Source: an uncultured delta proteobacterium (lineage in GTDB: Bacteria; Desulfobacterota; Desulfobacteria; Desulfobacterales; JAHEIW01). From it: a stretch of 32,000 nucleotides of DNA. The DNA is taken from the NCBI GenBank assembly GCA_963706575.1, contig CAVPNL010000001.1, positions 206,311 through 238,310 on the forward strand, given 5' to 3'. Shown here in pieces: positions 15,178 through 22,980 of this stretch. Position 1 is the stretch's first letter. Each line of letters begins with the position of its first letter. Under the pieces are notes generated by a model. That model did no database searches, was not told where the DNA came from, and saw only the letters and a program-made list of their open reading frames with translations. Made by a program: the position numbers and the translations under genes.

Positions 15178-17034
15178 TTAGCCTGCTCGTTTAACAATCT
15201 CGACCACCCCGCTGTCGCCGTCCACTTTGACGATATCGCCGGTTTTGATCACCGATGTGGATATCCCGGTGCCGGTAACAGACGGTACGCCATACTCACG
15301 GCAGACGATGGCGGCGTGGCTGGTCAGTCCGCCAATGTCAGTCACCGCGGCTTTGATTTTGGTAAACACGGGTGCCCAGGACGGATTGGTGGACGGGCAG
15401 ACCAGGACCTCACCGGGCTGCAAATCCACAATGTCTTTGAGCCGTTTCAGCACACGGGCCGGGCCCTCGGCGAGACCGGCCGAAGAGGCGAAACCTTTGA
15501 TTTCAGAAACATCCTCGCCTGCGGTTGCGTCGACACCCTTGAGCCATTCTTTCACTTTATCCGTGGTGATACCCCACAGCATAATCGTAAAAGGTTCGGC
15601 CACTTCTTCGGGCGGGACGCCCAGAGCCGGGATGGGGTTCCAGTTGCCGGCGGCTTCAAGGATTTTTTTGCGCTTTTCGGCTTTAGCTTTATAGTAGTCT
15701 CCTCGCATGGGGATATCCACACCCAGCGCCCAGCCGGTTGACACTTCGGTCAGCAGTTGCGGAATTTCATAGCGGTTAAACATAAAGATGTCATCGACTT
15801 CGTTTAACATCCCGTTGTTAACCAGCAGTGTTCCCAATTCTCTGATCTTGGCAAACCAGATGGTGTGGAACCAGTGCTCAACCCAGAAGAGGTGATCCTC
15901 GGCGTATGTATAAATGGTTCTGACCGTGTTGTAAGCATCATCAAAGGCTTTTCGATCGTCGTCGGTTTTGATGAGTTTGCGATATTCGGCCACAATTTCA
16001 TCTCTTTGTTTTTCAATCTCATCCAGTGAGCGCTCGATGTTCTCGCCGTTTTCCAGCCGTTCGACATAGCCTTTAATGTAACTGTAAGGAATGGACGGAT
16101 CGGTCAGCCAGCTGCCCTCATAATGAAACCAGCCGCTGCCGCAGGATACATAAAACCACGGGTCTTTGGCTTTCTCATACTCTGCCAGCCAATTTTTTCC
16201 ATTCTCTGTGTTTTGAAGTTCGGCGACCTTGTCTTCCACCGACTTGTCACTCTTGAGAATAGCGGAAACTTCCTTGGCGGAAGCCGCCATTTTGGAAAGG
16301 CGGCAAAGCTCTTCTTCAGGCTTGAACATGGATACATAGGCGCCGGCCACCATTTTGCCGATGGCACTTTCACTGATACCGGGAAAAAGCTTGCGGGCGA
16401 CATCGGCAAACATCAGATAGGCCAGGTAGGTCAGGTTCAGCATCTCGAAATGATACTGCCAGCCCTTAAACATCTGGTTGACCAGTTTGTCAAAGGACTC
16501 AATCAAATAGTAACTGTCGTACACCCCGGTGGGCGCCGGCAGCACCTGATCCTCGGGAACATATTTCGGCAATTCGCTGGGGACCCTCACCGCGGCCATT
16601 TCTTCGCCGAGCGCTTTAAACTTGGTCAACCATTTGTCCCAGAGTTCATTATAATGTTCAAATACATAAAATACGCGTTTTTCAAAATACCCGGCTTTCT
16701 CACCGATGATTTCTTCCGGTGGCGGGGCGATAGCGCAGATGTACATGTAACATCCCACCATTCGTTGGGCGATTCCCTGTGCCGGTGGAATACAGAATAC
16801 GCGGGTGGTATACTGTGACAGGGAAATCTGCCAGGCTTCCTGAAAAATCAAATCCAGTGGCGGCATGGGCTCCGGGGCATGGATTTTGTCCTGATACCAG
16901 AATTGGGCCTTTTCCCAATCTGATCTGTCTTCTGAAAACAGGTGGTGGGAGGGGTACATTTCTTCCCAGCCTTCAAGTTCAGGAGGGACCTGAAACTCAT
17001 GCGGGTCCGGGAATCTTCCAGATTGATCGGTCAT
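15178..17034 (-). CDS. PEP-utilising enzyme with C-terminal phosphohistidine swivel domain; phenylphosphate synthase alpha-subunit-like (PpsA-like)
   Basis: AGGAGG RBS is present. The C-terminus VLVCPSTNPSWAPVFTKIKAAVTDIGGLTSHAAIVCREYGVPSV is the mobile His domain. The 618-aa size and pairing with a separate 355-360-aa ATP-grasp subunit match the split architecture of phenylphosphate synthase. Confidence 0.8.
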   Translation of the reverse strand: MTDQSGRFPDPHEFQVPPELEGWEEMYPSHHLFSEDRSDWEKAQFWYQDKIHAPEPMPPLDLIFQEAWQISLSQYTTRVFCIPPAQGIAQRMVGCYMYICAIAPPPEEIIGEKAGYFEKRVFYVFEHYNELWDKWLTKFKALGEEMAAVRVPSELPKYVPEDQVLPAPTGVYDSYYLIESFDKLVNQMFKGWQYHFEMLNLTYLAYLMFADVARKLFPGISESAIGKMVAGAYVSMFKPEEELCRLSKMAASAKEVSAILKSDKSVEDKVAELQNTENGKNWLAEYEKAKDPWFYVSCGSGWFHYEGSWLTDPSIPYSYIKGYVERLENGENIERSLDEIEKQRDEIVAEYRKLIKTDDDRKAFDDAYNTVRTIYTYAEDHLFWVEHWFHTIWFAKIRELGTLLVNNGMLNEVDDIFMFNRYEIPQLLTEVSTGWALGVDIPMRGDYYKAKAEKRKKILEAAGNWNPIPALGVPPEEVAEPFTIMLWGITTDKVKEWLKGVDATAGEDVSEIKGFASSAGLAEGPARVLKRLKDIVDLQPGEVLVCPSTNPSWAPVFTKIKAAVTDIGGLTSHAAIVCREYGVPSVTGTGISTSVIKTGDIVKVDGDSGVVEIVKRAG

Positions 17035-17239
17035 TTTCTTCCTCCTTTCGGTGGTGGGTTAAAGATGCGTTGCGAGAAAAATGTTGCATGCAAATCATTT
17101 AATAGGCTTTCGGTCGGAGGAACTGAAACTCAGAAAGGAACTCAGAGTCAGTTGAGGTGAGAGCACAGAAGCCTGAAATTAAATAAGATTTATTTTCTAT
17201 GAAGGAATTAAATAAATCTGTCAATCCAATTTAATTTAT

Positions 17240-17261
17240 GTTATGCATAACTTTTAGTTAT
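17240..17261. promoter_or_regulatory. Candidate LysR-type operator (overlapping palindromes with GTTAT/ATAAC half-sites)
   Basis: GTTATGCATAAC (a perfect 12-bp palindrome) overlaps ATAAC-N5-GTTAT, which fits T-N11-A. The element lies 37 nt upstream of the LysR-1 ATG, in the divergent region shared with the PpsA-like gene. Confidence 0.4.
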
Positions 17262-17297
17262 GGATAAATTTGACCTATAAAAAAAAGTAAGGATGCC

Positions 17298-18284
17298 ATG
17301 TTGAATTTTAACCAGTTCCGTGTCTTTTATTATGCCGCCAAAAACTTGAATTTCACCGTTGCCGCCGGAGAGCTGTTCATTACCCAGCCGGCCGTTACCT
17401 CTCAGATCAAATCGTTCGAGGAGTTTTGCAACCTGAAGCTGTTTAAAAAAAGAGGACGCCGGATCTACCTGACAGATGAGGGCAAATCTCTTTATGTGCA
17501 TGCGGCCAAAATTTTTAAATATGAAAAAGAAATCGAACACATCATTGATGATATGCGTGAACTCAAGCGCGGAATCCTCAGTTTAGGGACGACGAAAGCT
17601 TACGCGCGTTATTTTATGCCGCTGATGATCACCACGTTTCATAAAAACTATCCCAACATTAAAATACAGCTGAACGAAGGCAGTTCACTGGAAATGATCC
17701 ACAGTTTGCTGGATTTTAAAATAGAGGTGGCGGTGATTGCCAGGACAGAAGATAACCCGGAGGTCCATTTTCTCCCGTTTAGCCGGGAAGAAATGGCGGT
17801 CATCGTTTCAACGGATCATCATTTGAGCAGGGAAAAAGCGACCACCTTTAAAGCGCTGTCTGCAGAACCCTTTATTATGAAAGAAAAAGGCTCAGGGACG
17901 CGCAAGCTGGTGGAAGAATTATTTGAAGCCGAGCAATGCACGCCTGACATTTTGATGGAAACCAGCAATACCGAGTTCATCAAACAGCTGGTGCAGCGCG
18001 GAGAAGGGGTTTCGTTTGTCGTGCGGGAAGCGGTTGCCGCCGAACTGAAAGAAAAGAAGCTGATTGCCGTTCCCCTGAAAGACCCAACAGTGTATCTGGA
18101 TGTCAGCATTGCCTACCTGAAAGGCCAGGTGCTTTCGCCGCCGGCCAGAGCCTTTGTCGATACCTTAATCGGTTTGAAGTCAGACGATTTGCACCCCATG
18201 GGAATCGGTCTGATGATGGCCAAAATGCTTACCCAGCGCAAGGAGGAGCAAAGAAAAATTTCGAAAATGAGGAAGTCCATATGA
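17298..18284 (+). CDS. LysR-family transcriptional regulator, copy 1
   Basis: The N-terminal wHTH is FRVFYYAAKNLNFTVAAGELFITQPAVTSQIKSFEE, followed by a LysR substrate-binding domain pattern. AAGGA RBS is present. Confidence 0.9.
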   Translation: MLNFNQFRVFYYAAKNLNFTVAAGELFITQPAVTSQIKSFEEFCNLKLFKKRGRRIYLTDEGKSLYVHAAKIFKYEKEIEHIIDDMRELKRGILSLGTTKAYARYFMPLMITTFHKNYPNIKIQLNEGSSLEMIHSLLDFKIEVAVIARTEDNPEVHFLPFSREEMAVIVSTDHHLSREKATTFKALSAEPFIMKEKGSGTRKLVEELFEAEQCTPDILMETSNTEFIKQLVQRGEGVSFVVREAVAAELKEKKLIAVPLKDPTVYLDVSIAYLKGQVLSPPARAFVDTLIGLKSDDLHPMGIGLMMAKMLTQRKEEQRKISKMRKSI

Positions 18285-18880
18285 GCGATCGACCTGTTTT
18301 CAAGCAAATTTATCAACTTGCCCAACCGTATCTAAACACGCGCTACAATGATGTCCACACTGAGATGTCCATGCAGCTTGCATACCAACTGCTAAGTGCC
18401 GAGGGAGGTCAGGAAAGTATTGTGATTCCGGCTATCATTCTGCACGATGTCGGCTGGCAAAAAGTTCCGGTAGCGCTTCATCTGAAGGCATTTGGTCCTA
18501 AGGCAACCTCACCGGAGATAAACAGGACTCACGAGAAAGAAGGCGTAAAGATCGCCCGAAAAATTTTAACAGAGATTAATTATGATAAGGAAAAAATTAC
18601 TGAAATACTCAAAATTATTGACGGCCATGATTCCAGAAAAAATTCTATTTCGTTAAATGATCGGATCGTTAAAGACGCAGACAAGCTCTGGCGCTATACT
18701 CAAAAAGGGTTTGAGGTAGACAACAATCGATTTGAAGAGACCGTCGCTGAAGGATTAAACCGCCTGCGCAAATATTTAGCCAGGTGGTTTTATACGGATA
18801 CGGCCTTTCAAATCGCAAAAGATGAACTCCAACAGCGGGAAAGAGAAGCTGACAATGATTCGAGGCTGGCCGGTAATTAG
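18281..18880 (+). CDS. HD-domain metal-dependent phosphohydrolase
   Basis: The H...HD...H...D pattern is present (VHTEMS, IILHDVGW, GHDSRK, KDADKL). An ATGA 4-bp overlap joins it to the LysR-1 stop. Confidence 0.75.
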   Translation: MSDRPVFKQIYQLAQPYLNTRYNDVHTEMSMQLAYQLLSAEGGQESIVIPAIILHDVGWQKVPVALHLKAFGPKATSPEINRTHEKEGVKIARKILTEINYDKEKITEILKIIDGHDSRKNSISLNDRIVKDADKLWRYTQKGFEVDNNRFEETVAEGLNRLRKYLARWFYTDTAFQIAKDELQQREREADNDSRLAGN

Positions 18881-19406
18881 TCGTGAGCAGGTTGGGGATT
18901 TTGGGCTCTTTTCATTGATTCAAAAAACGGTGCGCTCAGCACGCACGGGCGAAATCAGAGAGGTGCAGGCGATCCAATTTCCAGACTGGGTGTTGGTCCT
19001 TGCACTCACGCCGCAAGAGGAAGTCGTGATGGTGCGTCAATTCCGCCACGGCACCGAGCAGGTCTGTTTGGAGTTGCCCGGCGGGTTGGTGGATTCGGGT
19101 GACGATTCACCCGAATTATCCGCTCAGCGGGAACTGCTGGAAGAGACCGGATATCAAGCCGATGAAGTTGTACTTCTGGGAGAATGTTGCCCGCAGCCGG
19201 CGGTTTTGACCAATAAATGTCTTTTTTATCTGGCCCAAAATGCTGTCCGGGTTCAAACCCAGAACCTGGATGCCGGTGAGGATATCGAAATTTTGGAAGT
19301 TCCTTTAAAAGAGATTGCGGCTAAAATCAGAAACGAGGAAATCGATCACGGCATGGTGCTATTGGCCTTCTTCTATTTCTGGATGAAACAGGGGCAGATG
19401 GGATAG
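18855..19406 (+). CDS. Nudix hydrolase (ADP-ribose pyrophosphatase / NudF-like)
   Basis: The Nudix box is GGLVDSGDDSPELSAQRELLEETGY. I prefer the start at ATG 18855 (purine-rich gagaag upstream); the track start at 18822 is the alternative. It overlaps the HD gene 3' end. Confidence 0.8.
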   Translation: MIRGWPVISREQVGDFGLFSLIQKTVRSARTGEIREVQAIQFPDWVLVLALTPQEEVVMVRQFRHGTEQVCLELPGGLVDSGDDSPELSAQRELLEETGYQADEVVLLGECCPQPAVLTNKCLFYLAQNAVRVQTQNLDAGEDIEILEVPLKEIAAKIRNEEIDHGMVLLAFFYFWMKQGQMG

Positions 19407-19412
19407 AAAAAT

Positions 19413-20783
19413 ATGCAGCCTGCTACGCCTGAGCACCTGCCAAATATTTTATCGTTTAAGCGTCGTCTGTTTCTTGGTTTCCTGTTGAGTATCATTCCTA
19501 TCCTATTCATTGCCGGCGCGGTATCCATTCCATTTTATTTTGAATCTTCCACGATTCTCTATAAATTCGGATCTGACAGGCAGCTTTTGCGTTCGGGTCA
19601 AGTGGTGGGAATGGTTGCCGGGTGTCTGCTGCTGTTGCAAATCATCCTGGGCGCGCGTTTGAAATTTCTTGATCGGGTCTTCGGTCTTAGCAATCTTTTC
19701 AGGTTTCATCGTATTTCCGGTTTCAGCATTGCCTTTCTGATTAGCCTACATCCCATCCTGATATTCATTCCCGAAAACAGGATTTTCATTCCGCTTAAAT
19801 TGCGCTACTGGCCTGAATTTGTCGGCCTCCTTCTTTTGTTGCTGATTATCTTCACATTGATTTCCAGCCATTGGCGGGCCCGGCTGGGGCTCTCCTTTCA
19901 CCGCTGGTGGACAATTCATCGATGGACGGCCGTCTTGATCGTCATTACCTTTTGGGTTCATGTATCATCTGTCAGTGATACTTTCGAGCAGAAGCTGCCA
20001 CAAATGCTTGCTTTCTGCGCAATGGGCTTCTGCGGGCTGTTATTTTTCTCGATCAGAATCCGCCCCTTAAGAAACCGCCGAAGATCTTTTCTGGTTTCAA
20101 CGATTGAACCGGTTGGAGAAGATGCCATGTGTCTGGAGATTATCTCAAAGACAAAGAATAAATTTAGTTATCTGCCGGGCCAGTTCAGTTTCTCCACTTT
20201 TTTCTCGAACCATATTTCAAGGGAGGAGCATCCTTTCTCTTTGACCTCCACTCCCACAAGGACTTCCTGCCTTCAATTTATTGTTCGCACCACTGGCGAT
20301 TGGACACCTAAATTAAAAAATCTTCAGCCGGGAGACCGTGTTTTGCTGAATGGCCCTTTTGGACTGTTCAGTCATTTGCAGCTTCCCGCAAAAAACGAGA
20401 TCATAATGATCGCAGGCGGGATTGGCATAACCCCGATGTTGAGTATGCTGCGGTATATGGCCGACTGCAATGATCAGCGCAAAATCACGCTGATATGGAG
20501 CAATCAAACCCGAAAGCATATCATCTTCCCGGATGAGTTCCAGAGCCTGGAAGCCCAATTAAAAGGGCTTCGCATCTTTCATGTCCTGACCAGAGATCCT
20601 GAATTCTGGGGTGAAGCGGGGCGATTGGATAAACACAAGCTCAAAATGCTCCTTTCAGATTGTAGTCAATCATCGGCCATATTTGTCTGCGGCCCCCATC
20701 AAATGATGAAAGAAGTGCGCCGCTGCCTTGTTTCCCTTAATTTTTCGAAACATTTGATTTTCATGGAGCGATTCAGCTTATAG
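19413..20783 (+). CDS. Ferric-reductase/NOX-like membrane flavocytochrome (bis-heme TM domain fused to an FNR-like FAD/NAD(P)H domain)
   Basis: The N-terminal half is hydrophobic, with two His-x13-His pairs (FHRISGFSIAFLISLHP and IHRWTAVLIVITFWVHV). FAD motif HPFSLTS, NAD(P)H motif GGIGITPMLSML and C-terminal CGP are present. Confidence 0.8.
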   Translation: MQPATPEHLPNILSFKRRLFLGFLLSIIPILFIAGAVSIPFYFESSTILYKFGSDRQLLRSGQVVGMVAGCLLLLQIILGARLKFLDRVFGLSNLFRFHRISGFSIAFLISLHPILIFIPENRIFIPLKLRYWPEFVGLLLLLLIIFTLISSHWRARLGLSFHRWWTIHRWTAVLIVITFWVHVSSVSDTFEQKLPQMLAFCAMGFCGLLFFSIRIRPLRNRRRSFLVSTIEPVGEDAMCLEIISKTKNKFSYLPGQFSFSTFFSNHISREEHPFSLTSTPTRTSCLQFIVRTTGDWTPKLKNLQPGDRVLLNGPFGLFSHLQLPAKNEIIMIAGGIGITPMLSMLRYMADCNDQRKITLIWSNQTRKHIIFPDEFQSLEAQLKGLRIFHVLTRDPEFWGEAGRLDKHKLKMLLSDCSQSSAIFVCGPHQMMKEVRRCLVSLNFSKHLIFMERFSL

Positions 20784-20930
20784 TCCCTCAGCGTTGACAT
20801 AAGCCACACCATACTTATATCTAAAATGAGCGTTTGAAATTTTAAAAATGGGGATACATCTTTATTCCAGAGGAATGCTATCGATTTATATTTTTAAAAT
20901 TTAAAACCCCTACGGGGATTGCCGATCTTA

Positions 20931-21002
20931 CCGCATCTACCGCGTCAGATGCCGTTTCGCATAGTCAACTATAGCGGAACGACATCTTCCTTGTAGCTGC
21001 GG
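20931..21002 (+). other. 72-nt extended imperfect hairpin in the ferric-reductase-like / yceI-like intergenic region
   Basis: The outer arms are ccgcatctac / gtagctgcgg. The inner ~17-bp stem is gatgccgtttcgcatag-tcaa-ctatagcggaacgacatc, with a tetraloop, one mismatch, one G-U pair and one bulge. No T-run follows. Confidence 0.5.
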
Positions 21003-21071
21003 CAACCTCGACAATCGCTCAATTTAGATCTAATGATGAGCCTTTCAAATTTTAAAAGCAGGAGAAAACTC

Positions 21072-21665
21072 ATGCAAAAGACGGTTTCCATATTTGTTGC
21101 GGTATTGGCTGTACTTCTAATTGATAGCTTTGCATTTGCAGAGGCAGAAAAATGGGAAATTGATAAAGCCCATTCAAATATCTACTTTGATGTGAAACAT
21201 ACGTATGCCACCGTAAGAGGAAAGTTCGACGATTTTTCAGGCACGTTAAAATTTAATCCGGACAACCTGGCACTGAGCAGTGTAAAGTTTGAGGTCAAAA
21301 CCAAAAGCATTAATACGGGTATTCCCAACCGTGATAATCATCTTCGGTCAGAAGAATTTTTCTCAGTGAACAAATATCCCTTCATGACCTTTGAATCTAC
21401 AGATGTAAAACTGAAGAAAGGCAATCAATACACTTTAGAGGGAAATCTCACTATCAAAGGAAAAACAAATAATGTGGCTTTCCCATTCACTTATTTCGGA
21501 ACGCGTGAGAACCCGCTGAAAAAGGGAAAAACGGTTGCCGGTTTCGAAACCCGATTTTCCATTGATCGCCTGGAATACGAGGTCGGACCTGGAAAATACG
21601 CTGCAATGGGTATTATTGGAAGAAATGTTGATGTTTTAATTACACTTGAGGTACTCAAAGAATAA
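21072..21665 (+). CDS. YceI-family periplasmic (polyisoprenoid-binding-like) protein
   Basis: AGGAG lies 7 nt upstream of the ATG at 21072. The signal peptide is MQKTVSIFVAVLAVLLIDSFAFA. The YceI pattern is WEIDKAHSNIYFDVKH...TVRGKF. An in-frame upstream ATG at 21033 would add an SRRKL n-region but has no RBS. Confidence 0.85.
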   Translation: MQKTVSIFVAVLAVLLIDSFAFAEAEKWEIDKAHSNIYFDVKHTYATVRGKFDDFSGTLKFNPDNLALSSVKFEVKTKSINTGIPNRDNHLRSEEFFSVNKYPFMTFESTDVKLKKGNQYTLEGNLTIKGKTNNVAFPFTYFGTRENPLKKGKTVAGFETRFSIDRLEYEVGPGKYAAMGIIGRNVDVLITLEVLKE

Positions 21666-21866
21666 TCGGTGAATCAAAAAAAGCAATCCATCGACTTAAA
21701 GGTAGACCTGAGAATTTTTTATATTCGAATGAACTTCTTTACAGCCATAAAATATTCCGGTAAATAGACGGTGTTCAGATTTTCGATCCGGCAAAGCTAA
21801 AATTGTGTTATAGGTCGAGTAAAATCAATTCATAAAGATCCGGCGTAAGGAAAACGGTTTGCTGGA

Positions 21867-22814
21867 ATGATCAATCTTAATCAGCTCAGGGCATTTTATC
21901 AGGCCGCAAAATGTCAGAATGTGAGCCTGGCGGCCAAGGAGTTATTTGTCAGTCAGCCGGCGGTTACGGCACAGATAAAGCTGTTTGAAGAAAACTGTGG
22001 CCTGAAGCTTTTTAAAAAAAAAGGCCGCAACCGCTATCTTACCGACGAAGGCAAAACACTCTTCAATTACGCCCGAAAGATCTTCGAATATGAAAAGAAA
22101 ATCGAAGATGCTGTCGAGCAGATGAAGGAATTAAAGAAAGGCAGCCTTCGATTAGGCTCGGCCCGGACTTACGCCCGTTACTTCATGCCTTTTTTACTCA
22201 CCGGATTCCGTGACGCTTACCCGCAGATTAAAATTCATTTCGATGAAGGCAGTTCCCTGGAAATGATCAACAGCCTGATCGATTTGAAAAACGAAGTGGT
22301 GATCATCGCCAGAGCCGATGATCATCCGAACATTGCCTTCATTCCTTTCAGCCGGGAGGAACTGGTGCTCATATTACCGCCCAATCATCCTTTGGCAGAT
22401 AAAGATAGCATCCGTTTTGAACAAATCGCCGCCGCGCCCATTATCATGAAAGACCCGGGTTCCGGGACCCGCAAACTGGTAGACGAATTATTCGCTAAAA
22501 ATAATTGTACGCCCAATATTTTGATGGAAACCGGGGACGCTGAAATCATCAAGCTGCTGGTGCAGCATGGAGAGGGGGTCTCGTTTCTGGTGAAAGAGGC
22601 AGCGGCCGTCGAACTGCATGAAAAAAAACTGGTCACCGTTCCTTTGAAGAAACATTCAATTTTCTTAGATGTCAGTATCGCTTACCTCAGGCAGCAGCCG
22701 CTTTCACCTGCTGCAAAGGCGTTTCTAAAGAGTCTGGAGAATTTAGGGACTAAGAAAATGCGTTTCCAGGGGATGGGCGCCCTGATGGCAAAAATGCTTG
22801 CCGATGAAAGATGA
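21867..22814 (+). CDS. LysR-family transcriptional regulator, copy 2 (paralog of 17298-18284)
   Basis: The wHTH is LRAFYQAAKCQNVSLAAKELFVSQPAVTAQIKLFEE. By hand count, 44 of the first 65 residues are identical to copy 1, and the two share a C-terminal MG.G.LMAKML tail. Confidence 0.9.
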   Translation: MINLNQLRAFYQAAKCQNVSLAAKELFVSQPAVTAQIKLFEENCGLKLFKKKGRNRYLTDEGKTLFNYARKIFEYEKKIEDAVEQMKELKKGSLRLGSARTYARYFMPFLLTGFRDAYPQIKIHFDEGSSLEMINSLIDLKNEVVIIARADDHPNIAFIPFSREELVLILPPNHPLADKDSIRFEQIAAAPIIMKDPGSGTRKLVDELFAKNNCTPNILMETGDAEIIKLLVQHGEGVSFLVKEAAAVELHEKKLVTVPLKKHSIFLDVSIAYLRQQPLSPAAKAFLKSLENLGTKKMRFQGMGALMAKMLADER

Positions 22815-22980
22815 TTATCTGGTCTAACCTATCAATTGCCAAAATAGTTATTTCCAGTTTCATAAAAATTTGTTACGTGTTATCTCAATAAATCTGTAAT
22901 GAGTTGAGATTTGGTTTTCTGGCAAAAAATTGCGAATAAATTTTGCATTTAATCAGTCAGCGCAAACAAAAGGAGGGATT

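Noticed and set aside
7694-17034. Annotating the array outright as the canonical phenol pathway (ppsABC plus ppcABCD).
   Set aside because: Only two of three synthase components and one UbiD paralog are present. No CBS-type PpsC, phosphatase-like PpcD or gamma subunit is visible, and no 4-hydroxybenzoyl-CoA reductase appears in the window. The substrate cannot be assigned from sequence, so I kept Pps-like and UbiD-family calls.
17035-17297. A sigma54 (-24 GG / -12 GC) promoter upstream of the Pps-like operon; I also checked 5180-5611 and 25733-25972.
   Set aside because: I found no TGGCAC-N5-TTGC-like element on the relevant strands, and no enhancer-binding-protein gene is present in the window.
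21033-21071. An upstream in-frame start for the YceI-like protein, giving an SRRKLMQK n-region that looks faintly like a twin-arginine motif.
   Set aside because: No RBS precedes 21033, whereas AGGAG sits 7 nt before the ATG at 21072. The RR context (SRRKLM) is a poor match to S/T-R-R-x-F-L-K. I kept it only as an alternative start.
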